Part shown: piece by piece, positions 43,101-60,368 of the stretch
How positions within the stretch are numbered: position 1 is the first letter of the stretch
Layout: each line of letters begins with the position of its first letter
Source of the DNA: Trichoplax sp. H2
Lineage: Eukaryota
Reading direction: 5' to 3'
Assembly: GCA_003344405.1 (NCBI GenBank)
Contig: NOWV01000003.1
Coordinates: 62,001 to 126,000, forward strand
DNA: 64,000 bases
Notes under the pieces: model-generated
Database searches by the model: none
Seen by the model: the letters and a program-made list of their open reading frames with translations, nothing else
What the model was told of the DNA's origin: nothing
Translations under genes and position numbers: made by a program

Positions 43101-45058
43101 TTTCGATAAGCCATCTGATGTATTAACTTTTTGTAACGTTCCAGCGTACATTATTTCAGCAAATGTTAACTTAATTCACGTACGCTTGAGAGAGAGATCA
43201 AAGCCATTGTTGCACATCTTTCCGCTCGTCCTAAATCAAGTACAGCTCGATCAAGAGTCTTGCGTTGAGATTTCAAGCAAGAACTAATCGGTTATGAGCC
43301 AATCATATGTGTATTTAAGCATGACACAAACACGTGACGCTAGCCAATCATATGAGCGGAAAAATGTGATGGAGAGTCCATTTCTAAACCGGCTTAACAA
43401 CTCCCTTCGATCGAATAAATAAAATAGTAATAATTAATTATTATTAATTTATATCTTATTCTTTATATTGCAATAGCTAAATTACTGTAGATTATTTTAA
43501 TTTTATAACATGCCGTTTCCTTTGTTACATTTTGCGGATCAATGTTGATCCCATTCTGTTTTCAATATTCCTTAGTTAGCCAACGCTATATGTATAGTGT
43601 ATGTGTATATTTGTTATTACTATAAGGATTGATCTTAGAACTCATGACAGTATCTTAATACAGATCTCAGTTTCCTCTGTTGTAAATATCAATGCAAGAT
43701 CCATTTAACGCATACTGATTACAAAGAGGTAGAATCACTTTAATTTATGGAAGCTCAAGAGCGAAACTTGGTTATAGAATCGCACTTTCCCTAATGACAA
43801 AGCCCTAAAATCGATTTTGTAATCCCAATAAATTTTATTTTACAAGTACATTATACCTCTCTTTATTCTTCTAGCACTATTCATCAGCAAGGCTATTTGG
43901 AATTTCATTAGAACTATTAACCGATGATCTTCAACCTATGCCCGTTACGGTCGAACGGTGTATTAAAGATGTCGAACTTCGAGGTAAACTTAGATACATT
44001 ACGGTACATCGCATTACACTGTGTTTGCAGGGAAGGATAGCTCAATCGAACGCTGCATTGCTCCTGGTCTTTTAGTCCCAGTACAAGGCTCTACTAAATA
44101 CTTATTTATTCGCAGGTCTGGAGGTACCCGGTATTTATAGGAAGTCTCCTAATATGGAAAGCATTACTACTTTATGTAATGCACTTGAGCAAGGTATACG
44201 TATTCGTTTACGTAATTAACATAGTAGGTTAAATCCTCAATAATATAATAAGACTGATGCTAAGTTGTATGGTTGCAGATTTGTACTGTAATTTGATTGG
44301 ATATCCAGTGATAACAATTGCGGCGCTTGTTAAACAGTTTTTTCGACAATTGCCGGAACCACTGTTGACATTTTCCTTATATCCTAAGCTCATAGAAGCT
44401 GCAAGTAGACACCACTTGAGCTATATGAAACTTGACTATATGATTCTGTAACTTGCGAAACTTCGTGCTAAAATTAATGCCTATTTTATGCACTGATTCA
44501 TTTTAGAGATAGACTGCGCTAATAAGCGTACCATGACACTTAATTCATTAATTGAATCACTGCCGAAGGCCAACTTATGCATACTTGATAGAATGATTGT
44601 CCATCTAGCTCGGTAGGTGATATTAGAATGTATCAGAGAACATGAAATCACATGCAAGACCTGATCTTCTAAAATGCATTTACAGTATGAACGTGTTTCT
44701 TACTGTAATTAGGATTGCCATCTGCGAAAAAAATTTCATGACTACTTCTAGTTTAGCTATAATATTTGCTCCAAATTTACTACGATCGAAAAATAGTGAC
44801 AAAGAAGATGAATTCCGAGATATTTCGAAGAAAACAATGTTAGCTCCGATTTGCATAGTTGATAATGTACTAGTAATAACTTATAATTAATTGAAGTATT
44901 TTCATGTATTCTTCTTAAATTATATTCTTATTTGTGTAGAAAAAATTTCTAGAAATAATTAAATTAAACGTAATCTATTGCTTAAATTTTGTCACAGTAT
45001 TCTTGAAACACTTCTATCAGATTGTGAAGTAAAGCTGAAAACGGAATATGGTTGTTAA
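40120..45058 (+). CDS. Myosin-IX-tail-like RhoGAP without a detectable motor (5' end unresolved, upstream of 40120)
   Basis: Exons 40120-40269, 40505-40621 and 40939-41093 give ILITKAVDIPKFTSFLICK-INLFN...VLRYEDLVNIY...ISVFKVTLNEYLR, resembling the MYO9 pre-C1 helical region. Degenerate Cys-rich small exons follow. The RhoGAP starts at 43875: LFGISLELLT...VELRGLEVPGIYRKS...VKQFFRQLPEPLLTF...MTTSSLAIIFAPNLLR...DISKKT. Stop at 45056-45058. Confidence 0.78.
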
Positions 45059-45697
45059 ATTTATACAGTTAATGCAAGCTATAATAAATGACGATATTTA
45101 AATATAACCTTTATTGTTTTAGATAGCCGATTGTATTAATTGACTTTCGATTTATTATCCACTTCACTCAGAATTATTTGTTTCGTATGTCGCGGAAAAG
45201 TTAAGGATTTATACAGTCTAGGTCTGTGAGCGTTTAAAAGAAACCTGCTAATAATAATACTCAATAATTATATAATTTATTTATTCCGCTTTACCGTTAG
45301 CCTGTTAATAAAATAAAAATTTAACCTTCATCAGATACACACACGTAAATACGAAATTGGAATATTACCAGATCTTTGTAAAATATAGCCATTTTACATT
45401 TCAGTGCACATCCGCTTTGTCTATTATATTAAAATAAAATAAATCAATCAAAGACGTAAGCCAAACGGAATGTGTCATTCCTATAAGTTATAACAGAAGA
45501 TAAGCTACGGTATTGCAATACGGACGATCATAAACAACTATCATCTAGATAGGGATTGCAAACCCGTCCGAATTTTATTACCCAGCTAATTTGGAGAGCG
45601 GTCGTATCAAGGACTTTTCGAACAAGCATTTATTAAATTTTTGGCTCGAGAAGTCCCTGATTGCGTACAATATAGCAGCGTACGATTGCTGATGGTC

Positions 45698-45940
45698 AGT
45701 ACTGTACAGTTGAAATGACCAGTAAAAAAGTCGGCCCTCACCTTGACGGTACTGTAGAATGTACTGTACTGTAAAGTAATGGCTGTGTACAGAGTACTGT
45801 AGTGTACAGTACACCCCGCCATTTTGCTGGTCCTTCTACCGTACTGTATACTGTACTGACACTGCACAAAATCAATCAAGCAGCTAATTCCACAAATGAC
45901 ATACTGTACGTAATTATATTGCGGACAGTACTGTATAGTG
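45698..45940. promoter_or_regulatory. TACAG/CTGTA field upstream of RUVBL1
   Basis: agtactgtacag, gtactgtactgtaaag, gtactgtagtgtacagtac and gtactgtatactgtactg, about 300-550 nt upstream of the ATG. Confidence 0.65.
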
Positions 45941-46199
45941 TATCGTTTCAGACATACGGTTCACATGAAATGAATGGTAAAATAGTCAGCCTCTTTTTTT
46001 TCTATACTGAGCGACTGTTGCCTATCCTATTCCTTTGAAGAGTTTCAATAGCAGTGACGTGACAATTGATGCAGTACGTCCGAGAGCAGTCCGTCCTGCT
46101 GAGGTAACGGTAATGATTACTACTGAATATATACTGTACTATAAATTTTAGTGAAAATTATAGCTACGGTTACCAGTATCATAAAACGTGCAACGGTAA

Positions 46200-50377
<4,178 letters not shown>

Positions 50378-51755
50378 TCTTCCGTTTTGAATACTTTAGC
50401 TCTGCTCTTTTTGCAGTAACTTCCATAAGGAAGCCATGATTAAATATTGATTCGGTTTGAATTTTCAGTATTGGCTTTCTTCTATAAGCATGTTTAATAA
50501 AGGTTGTGATTATTTGTAGCTTTCAGTGTAAAAAACTTACTGAGGATATTGTAAATCTTGATCAGTAATTTACATTTCTTGCTTGCTAGTTGTTACTGTA
50601 TTTTACCAACTAATAAAATTCTTAATGTAATATCGTCTCGATATTATATCATATTAATAGCACGCTCGTATACTTACTGTTACACAAATATTGAATATCC
50701 TTTTATTACTTTACTCCGTATTAAGCTTGTGAAACAACGCACGCTCTGCCCGAAGTTATTTCGATTTAGTATAAGAACTTTCTTCCAAGGTCTAATTGGG
50801 TTTTCAAAGCAATATATGAATACATCTGAATCGGATATTCACCGATATGTGTCGGAATTAACCTTTAGGTAGTGAGTTTACTAAATACTTAATGCACGAA
50901 GGCTGACAGTCTTTATATACGTATGTTAGTAAACAACTCGGTTTAAAGAACAGACATAGATTGTATTGCTCTCTTCAATAGAGCAGAGTAACAGGATTAA
51001 AATGTTATGTGAAGACATACTGCGATGTTTCGCATATACAATATAACATACCAATTTAGATAAGATACTACACAATTCGCAACTACACTCACCCTAACAT
51101 GGTCGATCATATCGTTTGACTATATTACTAGGCTATGTGTTCAAGGAATGTACCTGACAAATGTATTCACTAATAAACAAATAGCCTGAATAAACTTAAG
51201 CTCTTGTAGCTAACCGAGAAGTAGTCAATCTATTAAGTACTTACTAATTATAAGAAATATTAGTTTATGAGACATCGTCATGAATTATCAAGGCGCTTAA
51301 ATTCAGTAGATACAATATCCTTAGATTTTTAGTTTAAATGCCGGTATAACTGCTGGCGGCATCTTAAGTATTTTCACTGCATAATCTATATAGGCATAAA
51401 TTTTCAAAACGCGTGGCATCAGGAATATCACAACTAATACAAGTTAACATTGAAATTCCTTTCTATTCAAATATTCTGTGTTTGTCCAGTTTAGTAATCC
51501 ACTTATAACAAATACAAATTTACGGCGATTCAGAAGACTCTGTAATAACACCGTAGCATACGCAGTATATCGCATTTCAACTAACAATACGTGTACAATA
51601 GCTATAGTTAACATGAAATTTCAATAGAATTTTTCTAATTTTCTATCTTGCACCGCGTCTTTAATAAAACAACAGTGATCGGCTGTCAGTAGCGCACGTG
51701 CATATAATTAATAGGTGTGATCCAATAATTCGGATACTAGTACTGTAGTACGCTT

Positions 51756-54700
51756 TTATACAGAAGCAGCACCACCACTTCGAGCGCTAGATTGTGCCAT
51801 CGCCATCTTTTTATCATTTCTATTTTGATAATCGTTGTTGCGATTTAGAAAACTAGGCCTTCTTCCCCGAAGGAAACTTGGTCTTCGACCTCGAATAAAA
51901 CTCATCGTCCTTCGTCTGAAATCCCTAATGAAAGCCAGCAAGGGTAACATTTATTTAATTGATGCTCCTCTTAATTGCCGCTCCTTAATCAGCTAATATC
52001 TAACATGTTTTGAGTAAGCTACGACACTATCATCGAACAGTGTTACAGACAGAAGGTATAGCAAAAATCTGTAACGGCTCTGAAAGGGGATTATGTAATC
52101 TTTCAGCTTTAAGTACAGTAAATACGCTAGAAACATTTGTATTAGCGACGATAATTATGACGTTCGGTATGAATGTATATTCTGTAGCAAATTTGTAAGC
52201 GAACCATTAGAAATAACGTATGTTAGATCAAGAACATTAACTCCGGCTATAACAGTAAGATAATAACCTCTACCATCAAAGCCTTTTATCACTAAGTTAT
52301 GCAAGGTAAAAATAAAAGGAAACTAACTCTGAACAGCAAATTCCCATGCGCATGCCGCAGACCACAGCTCCACTGAATCCAGATAAGAAAACCAAGGCTG
52401 TAGAGATCAAACAAGCTAGCAACATGTATAAAGCCATATTTGGCGTAAACGGTAAATTTAATGTCTGCAATGAGGAATACTGGATAAGAGCAAGAGCTAC
52501 GTTCACCAAACTTATAACAACCGTATATGTCGACATGATTACGAAGGTGCTGAGCTGGTGTTGTTAATGAAAATGATTGTCAGTTAGTATTTCATGAACC
52601 CAGCTACATATTGGCTATAAATACTTTGATATTATACTCACTGTTGCTTCAGATTTTTTACTCGCAACATCGATACCACAGAGACCTGAAGAAAAAGCCT
52701 ATACATAATAACGATTCATGAAATAAAAAACGGATTTATAATAAGTTCGTGCATATTGAAATATGTAGTAATGATAGGAGTACTTACCATAACTGCAACA
52801 TAATACGTAAACTGTGTAAAATAAGATCCACGCAATAATATCATAGAGGCAATGCCAGCGGCCAAACAAAGAAGACCAGAAGCTATTTGACACACTCCGA
52901 CTTTGTAATGTGCACTTCCGTAAAAGCTGTTACTGTTGCCTGGAGAGCAGAGATTAATCCCAACATACTTTTGGACAACTATTGCAGCTAACGTAGAAGA
53001 CATCATTGCAACTAAGCTGGACACTCCAATACCACCAAATATAATTGAAAGCTTTATAGTCTCTGTTGGCTTTTCGTTAAAATAGCCTATAAAGCCATAC
53101 GTACAAATACAAAGCGAAACAGGTGCAAGTGCTCTTGACATTAGACATAGTACTCGGAACCATATTGCCTGGAAAATAATTTGATTAGATAAATCATACC
53201 TGACTTCGTAATAGGAAGGTTAACTAAATGATCCTTACTAGATATACTGTTTTTTTATATCTCGATGTAATCCCAAGTGTAGCAGATGTCAGTAACTAAA
53301 AAAATACATATTATGTTAATAAGATAATAATAAAATTATCGCTCAAATCTGTCTATCAGAGGCATTCATTGCTTCAAAATTTTATTAATACCGATACAGC
53401 TAGATATAATGGAATTGTTGAAAAAAGCCAGAAAGAATCAAACAAAGAATAAATTCCCAGGGCAATCAAGATCATGCCGGCAATGAGTTGCGATAGCGAT
53501 AACTGAAATATGGTAAGACCACAAATGCTTTGATTAAATAAGCTTATATCATCGTCTTCGCATTCTTGTTCATCGTAACTTCTAAGTTGTAACTCGGAGT
53601 TCCGAAGAGTTCCCATTCGTCCTAATTTATTGCCTGATGAAATCGCAACCCATACAATATTAGCTAGCGATACTCCTGTCACTGCCATATTTGCTCCAAA
53701 TATCCCACGTTCGTAAATGCTGTAAATCTTTAAATTATAGATAATAAACATATAGGTACTTCGAATGGCGTTCACTAAACAAGCAGCAATCACTAGCAAG
53801 GCCAGTGCAAACCTTCCTGTATGCTGGAAAAATATAAAATATTATGAGAATTACGGTTCTAAACTTTATGTTCTTAAAATGTTTAGTAGTTGAGCTGCGA
53901 TCAATTTATAACGCATTATCATATTATCTATTATTACTTAGTAGCTATACTTTACCAATGACTCGTTGTTTCTTTGGCTTAAATAAATCGATGTGAGGCC
54001 AGAGGCAAACATCTAAGTATAAAACAAGAAATAACTAACCTTAGGATTAAAGTCCTCAAGCGAATACTAGTTTTATCGTTTTATACTGTAGTCATTTGAG
54101 ATTCGTTATTTACTGGATTGACAATTTATTAGCGACAATATTAGTATAATGTTTTAAGTGATTATAGAAAATCTATTTAGGCAAACAAGTAAATTTAAAG
54201 CTTATTCCTTAGAAATTTTTATTTCTTAACATAAGTTATTCTTTAATTAGTACGATTGATGGAACATTTTTACTTCAGTATAACAATCGAATTTCAATTT
54301 CGTCAAAGTTACAACCCCTAGATTAAAATGGCGGCTAATAATTTATTCGAAATTTTGGTCCGTTATTATTATTTTTCTTATGGTTACATCTTACGGTCAT
54401 AAAATTGTTTACTGATAAGCATTTACCAAGCCCTAATAACTTTTGCTTGCGTAAACTTATAATACCAGATAGCATCAAGTAACTTCCATTAAAATGTAAG
54501 TACTACTAATCTGTATTTAAAACGATCTAAAACTTGTACAAATATAGATAATTATAACCGGATATGCAAAACTATAAAATTTAAATTTTAATTGAGATCC
54601 TTTCTGTACTGGCGGTGATCTTACATTCACTGGACTAATAAGCTACTATGTGCAGTAATATGTTTTTATACGACCAAATCTATTATTATAATTATCAGTC

Positions 54701-55327
54701 GAATGTACATGGTGACGGTAACATTCTTGGAATAAATAAAAATATGAATATCTACTTTAAAAGTTAGAGTTTGCGTAAAACTGCACATACAATTGTGCAG
54801 AAAATATCAAATCAAGTGCACTCTACATAAGGGATCGATTGCTACAGATAGCGCGGTTTACAACAGTGGTCAAACGTATAATATCGCATTTAATGTAATT
54901 TCATTTTCAACCCAAAGACAGTTTTAAAGAAAGACTTTGGCATTTCTCATTAACGTATGTTTACGCTTAAGCTTTGTAGCATGAGTTTTAAATTCGTCTG
55001 AAATTGATGATACTGTACAATATTATTGTACCCGGATATACAGGTCCTGTACATGTAATCGTAAACTGTAGAAGCAATATTTGTGATTGATAATTTTAAT
55101 ACGATTATGAATATACGCCTGTACCAAAGGTAAGTTTCTCGTTAGGTAACTTTTTTCTAATTGTGCGTATTTACCGAAATCCCTAGCATTCCTGGATCGA
55201 GTAATAGGGTCAGAGCCTGTAAGGAATCGAATCCTAGATTCCCTCTAAAATACCACGATAAAACCGCGACAGCGAGACTGCATGCAGCTAGGCATAACTG
55301 AATAACGGCAACTGTTATGTACGCCAT
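51756..55327 (-). CDS. About 510-aa, ~12-TM protein of three tandem MS4A/CD20-like modules, paralog A (exons 55327-55175, 54012-53956, 53823-53392, 53295-53239, 53168-52788, 52698-52642, 52554-52328, 51924-51756)
   Basis: All junctions are GT-AG and the frame stays open. Three 57-nt exons (MFASGLTSIYL.., LLTSATLGITS.., AFSSGLCGIDV..) alternate with large hydrophobic exons. TM1-like motifs VAVIQLCLA, LSLSQLIAGMILIALGI and VGVCQIASGLLCLAAGI. Tail CCSEDFRRRTMSFIRGRRPSFLRGRRPSF... Confidence 0.8.
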
Positions 55328-57002
55328 GGACACAAATTTAATAATATCATACAGCTACCATCCGGAAACTAATGAGGAAATTATCTGTTGTCAACTCTAC
55401 GACCTTAATACGGAATAAGTTAATAGTCATTGAGGGCACAAATGTCTGTTTGCTTGACGTCAGCTAACTATTTAAATATTTACTCTATTTATAACCACTC
55501 ACAAACGAAGAAAATTTGGCTCTTGGCACGGAAAGATCTTTAAATAAACAAGGTACAGTACTGCTACCGAATTTTAACAGTTAATTAATTTTATGTTGAG
55601 TTGTACCGTACAATATAGCTACCTACTCGATCTACTTGATATTGATTTATGAGAACTCAAAATAGTTATAATTCACATAATTTAACGACAATTATAATTA
55701 CCTAACTTGTAGCAAGGAAAATATGATAGTTATTACCAGTATATATTATTAAAGCTTAGGATATCTGCATAATCGCATCAAGAACGCAGACAAGACTACA
55801 ACTGTGTATGCGTATGATCTAGATGTCGAAAACCTCTAAACAACAAAATACTGAACTCATCATATCAGAAGGATTTCAGTGCCAATACGCATATAAAGGC
55901 TTTCTTGAAATAAAACCCTACATTTGTACGTGCATTAGATCATCGCTTTATTAGATTTGGGGTTAGTGTTAGATTGCTTCAAAAGATGTTCCAAATTCCT
56001 TAATTGTTCCATATTATTAACTGCAAATAAAGCTATACTATATCTAATGCAGGATAGCTTCGAGTAATAGCAGGAGTACTCTGATATTTGTGCTAAGAAA
56101 TATATATTTAACAAAATGTATCAATCATGAAGATTTCATTACATAAAAAAATATATAAATCCCCAAGTAAAAGGAGCATATAAAGATTTACTACACTACG
56201 TTTTAATAATCTACGCATTATACAGAGCCGGACTAGCCCTGCGAAGACATTATTGTATTGTACAGTGCTACAGATTGATCAGTCATCTAACTGAACAATA
56301 ATATACTCGTATATACGCGTATATATTATATACTGTACGCCTTTCTTCCGTAGAGTTTATTGCTATATAATATGATTATTAATTAATTGATCAAAATGAA
56401 AACTGTTAAATTGTATCAATGTATAATGTACACATTTATACCTGTACATGTGTGTATGAATAAGGGAATTTAATAGAGTACAGAATGTCTTCTACTTAAA
56501 TTTTATAATTACAATAAAAATATAATTAAGGTGTTTCTAAAACGATATTAGCACGATTGCGTTTAGAGAGTTAGTCTAATGAACTTGTAATTCTACTGTA
56601 TTGTAGGTAAACTACATAACACCGTATAAATTAATATACAATGGAATTAATTAATAGATCCGAGATTCCATGCTGTACTGTATCTCAGTTACAATATCAA
56701 TGGTACAGCTACATGCGGCTATAATCTCTGTACATCAAGTTAATAACGTCGCTCCTGCCATTAGAGCACTACCGTACTGTACACAAGGAAGGACTTTTTT
56801 TCCTTTTCAATAGTCCCTAGTCCCTGCCGTACAGTACTGTAATGCTTAAATGTATGTTAATGATATCTAATTTGTATAACAATAGAACAATTGTTTAAGC
56901 CTATTTGCAAGCGATCCTTCAAAACGCTAGCTGCGGAAGCGTTATACCAGTCTTCACCAAAGGAAGAAAGGCGTTTTCTAAAGTGTAATCAGACGCTTAA
57001 AA

Positions 57003-60000
57003 ATGTATAAAACTTGCGGAATTATCAAAATATTTTTTTCTCTTGGCTTAGCAACTTGTGCTATCCTAGGATGGAATGAACTACGCAATCTGCCACATGC
57101 TTGGAGCTCTTCAGCGCTTATTGATCCTTTTATGCTTGCCGTGATGGTAACAAGTCGATATATGACTACATAATTATTTTAATCAAACCTTTTCACGCGA
57201 CCTACGTGATCATTAAAATTTGATTGATGCCCAGTTATTTCAAGTACTATTGAAATTATAAATGCCTAACCTCTTTACTTAAGTTATATGACTAATGTAA
57301 GATATCAGACTTTAAATTTTGCAGCTACCTAAGCAATAAAAATTGAGCAAGAGCCAACAGTCAGTCCCTTTTGAATTTAGGCGCAAACGAGTGTAGCATG
57401 ATTACTATTTAAACTAGTTGACGTACTGTACGCATGACATAGGAAAAATAATTTACTACTAGCTGGAAGCTAGTTCTTTCAGCACTTCATCCATAATAAA
57501 CGCTGCTAAATGAGCTTTTTGATGGCAGAAACATATATATGTAACATGTAGTACCAAAATAATCAGAATTAAGCTTTTATTTAAAGAAAATTTCGGTTTT
57601 CTAAATATTCAGAAAGAAACTACTGACTACACGTATAAACTATAGATTGTAGTGAGATGGCAATTAATAAATGCTTACTATAGTAGCTATAAAATTTACC
57701 GCGCTAAGAGAATGTATAATATTTGTATTATAACTGTGTATTATGTAATTATTAATATATGGAATAGCAAATTTAATTGAGTCTAATAGGTTGAAACTAA
57801 TTGAGCTTCATCACTATTCACGAAATGATTTTAGGCAATTACAGCTGGTTCACTATCAATCAAATATGACAATGTCAACTCTGTACCGCTGGTAAGCAAC
57901 TCAGATATATCAGCGTAGATAGTTCATATTGTAATGTACAGGACAATTAAATCTAGGAAACCCATACGTTACTGCTGATGTTACATTGTGCTCATTTAAC
58001 TAATTTAAGGACCATGGGTTCCGGTAGTTCTTCGGTCATTAAAGTCATTAATTTTGCTGTACTATATTGAATGTATGCGTATATTTATGCCGTAATCAAA
58101 TTTGATATGGATTAATTAATTGATTAATTGTTTTTAACCATGTTTTACTTCATCTGCTCGTGACCTTAAAAATCTTCTATTTATACTTGCTTAGACGACT
58201 GGTTTAATAGCTTTCAGCATCTATGAGGCTACTTTTGCTGCTGTTAACATCTGCCGTGGAACTATTGCTTTCTATAAATCTGGGTCAAATTTCAAGCAAT
58301 CTCCGCCTGTTTTATACGGATTTAACATGGGTTTTTCAATTTTCTTCTTTATCACTTCTTTGGCTGTGGCAACATTTAATGGTTTCAAGCTAGATAGCTT
58401 CAAAACAACTGAAATTAAAGACCCAAATTATCGATTCCCTATCAATCGTCGCCTTCAGATCGCTGTCTTAATGCTGGTAAATTCACTTATCATGCATATC
58501 GTTGGATTCGTTTTGGTGGGAACAGTTCCTAAACACTACTCTTTACCTTTAAATTACCAGGGAGCAATGGTAAATATCTCACATCTATTGGATAATTAGA
58601 TGAGTGAATTAGGTTTAGCAAATCATTATTTTATATGGATTTATTCTAATACGACTGCTCATTGTGCTGAACTTGTAACGATACCATAAATAACGATCTA
58701 ATTTAACTTATTACAGTTAGAAGTCGCGGGAATTCTTGGGATATTAAGCTACGCAACAAATCAAAAGAGTATTGTAAGTTAAATTTTAAATCATTTATTA
58801 GCTTAGCTACGATAATATATAATTCGAGCTTGAGATTTTAACAAATTTTAAGAATCTTTGAACTATAGTTTTAAAACATTTATCGTTATTGCAATATCAG
58901 GTAGCTTGGTTTAAAGTTAGCGCGATATTAGCGTCAATATCTGCTTTACTTACTGGCTTTGCTTCCGTTCATGATCGGCTATACATGTTAATGGGAAGCA
59001 GCCCTTCGAAACCTATGGGATCAAATATGCTAATTCTCATGATACTTCACGATGTTACACCATACATTGGATTAGGCCTTTCGTTATTTGCTGCCTTTGC
59101 AGTTGATACCGAAACTGATACCAATGTTAATATTGAGAAGCAGCCCAAAACAGATAAGAACTACTGCATTGGTAATTCCTCAATGATTTTTGCTAGCATT
59201 CAGCTTGGTTGCGCTGTTGCGATTTCGCCGATGTTCCCGTCGCCTTTTCATAGTTTCCTGAGTTTCGTCGTTGCTTCACTTGTAAGTGGATATGTAATAA
59301 CAAGTTATAAGTAATAATGTAATTTAGATATACCGTAGTTAATGTTCCTCTGCTGTATCGTAAATTTTACGACAAATTCCGAAGTACCATCCATTCTGTA
59401 AATATATCATTGCAATAGGAAGTATACACCACATAGGCGTCTTCAATTATAATCAATTGTTAACTAATCATGTAATTAAAATGTAGAAGATAATTTGGCA
59501 ATTATAGTCATGACATTTTGTAGTATAAACATTTGTATGCAAAAATCAATTTTTTGGAAAGTCACGGAAAAATCAGCAAAAACCCCTTTTAATGTTAACG
59601 AAATCTACAAAGCTCTCTTATATTTGAATTGTACTTCATCAAGATTTGACTCGATATTTTTAGATTTGGATAAATTATTTTATTACGCCGATAAATGATA
59701 CTCAACTCAATTATCTTATTATTTTAACTATGTGTCCATATACGTATTACAGTTATTTGCTTTAGGAATCTTAGCTCATCTATCCTCGAAAACAACATGC
59801 GAATCCTTAGTAAGTATTTTGGTTGTAGGGTTCATTAGATCAGTAACTTTGTTCCTAAGTGTTTATGCCATGCGTTGTGTTTCCACTCTTAGTCGTTAAC
59901 GTTAGCACGAGGCACTTTGATACACTACCCATAGTAAGCTTACTAAAAGTCTCTTTTATTTAGGATTTACTACATTTAAATAGCATAGCCGTAATAACGT

Positions 60001-60368
60001 ATTATACCCTCATCTTAGTAATTCATTACCTTATCTTATGCTAACACATTAGGTGCAGTACAACAAGTTACTGTATTCTTACATACATAACACCATGCTA
60101 ATGTGGTCTTTATGATCTTTCATTTTAATAGAGAGTAAGCACTTATTCATTCACAATCCTGAGTATCTCCTCGGTATGTATCAATGTGATCGCTCTAACG
60201 GTTATCTATGTTGTCACCAATCCTTACGGTTCTGGGATACGAGGTATTGATTTGGCAATTCTAATCGTTGAGGTTATTAATGCAATCTTGTTTATGCTAT
60301 TTGGTTCACGGGCAGCCGAATATAATCCTGTGACATACATTAGAGAAAGGAGTGGTACTGAAGTTTAA
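57003..60368 (+). CDS. About 435-aa, ~12-TM protein of three tandem MS4A/CD20-like modules, paralog B (exons 57003-57146, 57835-57891, 58195-58569, 58717-58773, 58901-59281, 59753-59809, 60132-60368)
   Basis: All phase-0 GT-AG introns with an open frame. 57-nt exons AITAGSLSIKYDNVNSVPL, LEVAGILGILSYATNQKSI and LFALGILAHLSSKTTCESL. Exon 1 LIDPFMLAVM aligns with paralog A LLDPGMLGIS, and both genes have a 381-nt fifth exon. Confidence 0.8.

Noticed and set aside
50558..50872. 104-aa ORF downstream of RUVBL1
   Set aside because: TTG start, no recognisable motifs or splice support, and it lies in the 3' UTR/intergenic AT-rich sequence.
51756..51950. Stand-alone 64-aa neuropeptide precursor ORF
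   Set aside because: There is no convincing signal peptide, and an in-phase acceptor at 51925 joins it to the upstream multi-TM gene, so it is treated as that gene's last exon.
54425..54490. Minus-strand stretch LMLSGIISLRKQKLLGL resembling a fourth small MS4A-like exon
   Set aside because: Splice phases do not fit the phase-0 pattern, and the gene model is complete without it.
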